This document shows positions 62,320-64,000 of a stretch of 64,000 bases of DNA, one piece after another. The translations under genes were made by a program, and so were the position numbers. Below the pieces are notes generated by a model. That model had not been told where the DNA came from. It ran no database searches and saw nothing but the letters and a program-made list of their open reading frames with translations. Positions within the stretch are counted from its first letter, which is position 1. Each line of letters opens with the position of its first letter. Source of the DNA: Gammaproteobacteria bacterium (GTDB taxonomy: Bacteria; Pseudomonadota; Gammaproteobacteria; Steroidobacterales; Rariloculaceae); contig JBJHBT010000013.1 of NCBI GenBank assembly GCA_050485645.1, forward strand, positions 33,821 through 97,820, in the 5' to 3' direction.

Positions 62320-63261
62320 ATGAAGATCGTGATGGTTGGTCAGGGCGCTTTCGGGCGCAAGCACCTGGATGGACTGAAAAATATCGACGGTGTCGAGGTG
62401 GTCAGTCTGGTCGGGCGCAGTCAGGATTCCACCGAGGCCGTGGCGAAACAGTACGGCATCCCGCATTTCACATCCGATCTCGATGAAGCGCTGGCACAAC
62501 CTGGTGTGGACGCCGCCATCATCACCTCGCCAACGCAGATCCATGCCGAACAGGCCGTGCAGGTGATGCGCGCCGGCAAGCACGTGGAAATCGAAATTCC
62601 GATCGCCGACTCACTGGCCGATTCGGAGAAGATCCATCGCGTGCAGAAGGAAACCGGGCTGGTGGCGATGGCCGGCCATACACGCCGTTTCAACCCCTCT
62701 CATCAGTGGATACATCAGCGCATACAGTCCGGCGAACTGCGGCTGCAGCAGCTGGTGGTGCAGACCTACTTCTTCCGCCGCAGGAACATCAATCTGGAAG
62801 GCAAGCCGCGCAGCTGGACCGATCATCTGCTCTGGCATCATGCCTGTCATACGGTTGATCTGTTTCAGTACCAGACCGGCGAGACCGCGTCCGACGTGTT
62901 CGCACTCCAGGGGCCGACGCATCCGGAGCTGGGCATCGCCATGGACATGAGCATCGGCATGAAGACGCCATCCGGGGCCGTCTGTTCGCTGTCGCTGTCG
63001 TTCAACAACGAAGGCCCGCAGGGCACGTTCTTCCGCTACATCTGCGACAACGGCACCTACATCGCCCGCTACGACGACCTTGTGGACGGCAACGAGAAGC
63101 CCGTCGACCTCAGTGGCGTGGCGGTCTCGATGAATGGCATCGAGCTGCAGGACCGCGAGTTCGTGGCCGCGATACGTGAAAAACGCGAACCCAATGCCAG
63201 TGTTGCGCAGGTGCTGCCGGCGATGCAGACGCTGGATCGCCTGGAGAAGTCACTGAAATGA
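62320..63261 (+). CDS. ligC: 4-carboxy-2-hydroxymuconate-6-semialdehyde dehydrogenase (Gfo/Idh/MocA family)
   Basis: GGAGGA before ATG. GQGAFGRKHLDGLKNIDGVEVVS, GHTRRFNPSHQ, QTYFFRRRN..PRSWTDHLLWHHACHTVDLF, FFRYICDNGTYIARYDDL and NGIELQDREF match my recollection of LigC. Confidence 0.85.
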   Translation: MKIVMVGQGAFGRKHLDGLKNIDGVEVVSLVGRSQDSTEAVAKQYGIPHFTSDLDEALAQPGVDAAIITSPTQIHAEQAVQVMRAGKHVEIEIPIADSLADSEKIHRVQKETGLVAMAGHTRRFNPSHQWIHQRIQSGELRLQQLVVQTYFFRRRNINLEGKPRSWTDHLLWHHACHTVDLFQYQTGETASDVFALQGPTHPELGIAMDMSIGMKTPSGAVCSLSLSFNNEGPQGTFFRYICDNGTYIARYDDLVDGNEKPVDLSGVAVSMNGIELQDREFVAAIREKREPNASVAQVLPAMQTLDRLEKSLK

Positions 63262-64000
63262 GCAGGGAGATTCCGGTATGCATGGCACCCGATCCGGATA
63301 CGCGCACGCCGACGTACAAGGCGCCGCCGGGCGCGTGTGACGCGCACTGCCATATTTTCGGCCCCGGGCATCGCTATCCCTATGCGCCGGACCGAAGCTA
63401 CACGCCGCCCGACGCCCCGCTGGAACGCTTCATCGAACTGCAGAAGACGCTGGGTCTGGAGCGCGCGGTGCTGGTCAACGCCAGCTGCCACGGCAGCGAC
63501 AACACGGTGATTCTCGACGCCATCGCAGGCAGCGGTGGCAGATACCGTGGCGTGGCGAATGTCGATGTAGGCATCACCGATGCCGAGCTTCAGCGGCTGC
63601 ATGACGGCGGCGTGCGCGGCATACGATTCAATTTCGTGCAGCACCTGGGTGGCACGCCTGATCTGGGTGATTTCGATCGCCTGGTGCATCGCGTCGCGCC
63701 GTTGGGCTGGCACGTGGTGCTGCATTTCGATGCCAGGGATCTCCTTCAGTTCGACAGCCTGCTGCGAAAGTTGCCGGTGGCGTTCATCATCGATCACATG
63801 GGCCGCGTACCGACCAGGGACGGACTGGATCAGGAGCCGTTCAGAATTCTGCTCAACGCGCTGCGTCTGGACAACGCATGGGTGAAGATCTGCGGTGCGG
63901 AACGGATTTCCTCCGCCGGCCCGCCGTTCACCGACGCGGTACCGTTCGCGCAGGCCATTCTTGAGGTGGCCCCGGACCGCACGCTGTGGGGGACCGACTG
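63258..64000 (+). CDS. ligI: 2-pyrone-4,6-dicarboxylate lactonase (amidohydrolase_2), 3'-truncated by the window edge
   Basis: ATGA overlap with ligC. My own translation stays open to the edge: PPGACDAHCHIFGP, ASCHGSDN, GVRGIRFNF, IIDHMGR, LWGTD. Confidence 0.88.
   Translation, partial: MSREIPVCMAPDPDTRTPTYKAPPGACDAHCHIFGPGHRYPYAPDRSYTPPDAPLERFIELQKTLGLERAVLVNASCHGSDNTVILDAIAGSGGRYRGVANVDVGITDAELQRLHDGGVRGIRFNFVQHLGGTPDLGDFDRLVHRVAPLGWHVVLHFDARDLLQFDSLLRKLPVAFIIDHMGRVPTRDGLDQEPFRILLNALRLDNAWVKICGAERISSAGPPFTDAVPFAQAILEVAPDRTLWGTD

Overview
High-G+C proteobacterial chromosome segment. PA2778/PA2779, an LpoP-like lipoprotein, SrkA, MtfA and AsmA suggest a gammaproteobacterium, but this is inference only. 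I support about 57 coding regions. I found no rRNA, tRNA or CRISPR.

The window splits into two parts.

(1) About 1-12.9 kb is a lower-G+C accessory block scarred by IS remnants.
- It starts with a decayed IS1182-like transposase 3' end and contains a possible IS3-like scar near 10.0-10.3 kb.
- Its cargo is mostly exported hydrolases and resistance-type genes: two alpha/beta hydrolases, a class-C-like serine hydrolase and a bleomycin-resistance/glyoxalase-fold protein.
- It also carries an orphan HNH nuclease, an XRE-DUF805 fusion, an orphan ADOP-type duplicated FtsX permease (a family I associate with Acidobacteria) and an orphan ExbD-like gene.
- The ExbD-like gene sits behind a perfect (CGCCGAA)x8 heptanucleotide microsatellite.

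(2) From fba (12967) onward the window is core-like.
- Efflux and translation: an ABC/HlyD exporter, mtfA and typA.
- Envelope: an Omp85/M15/beta-barrel cluster, a compact mscS-HDG-PPIase-HupE-TVP38 cluster, and an asmA-mrcB-(LpoP-like)-PA2779-PA2778-CtlX-like string.
- A His-brace (LPMO-like) secreted protein lies next to an NlpC/P60 hydrolase.
- A CitE-like lyase is flanked by hexanucleotide coding repeats.
- A lipoyl-less, catalytically degenerate E2-like protein is present.
- A split lignin-aromatic catabolic set occupies the right end: ligM, then an aldehyde dehydrogenase, ligC and ligI (truncated at the window edge).

I cannot name one clearly new system. The best candidates for uncharacterised biology are:
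- the periplasmic C39-like/TPR peptidase plus PA2779-type tail-anchored partner;
- the microsatellite-controlled orphan ExbD-like gene in the island;
- the dead E2-like protein;
- the membrane-anchored MutS-domain-V ATPase;
- the His-brace protein with AT-rich direct repeats in its leader.

All family assignments come from motif reading and memory of family consensus. No searches were run.
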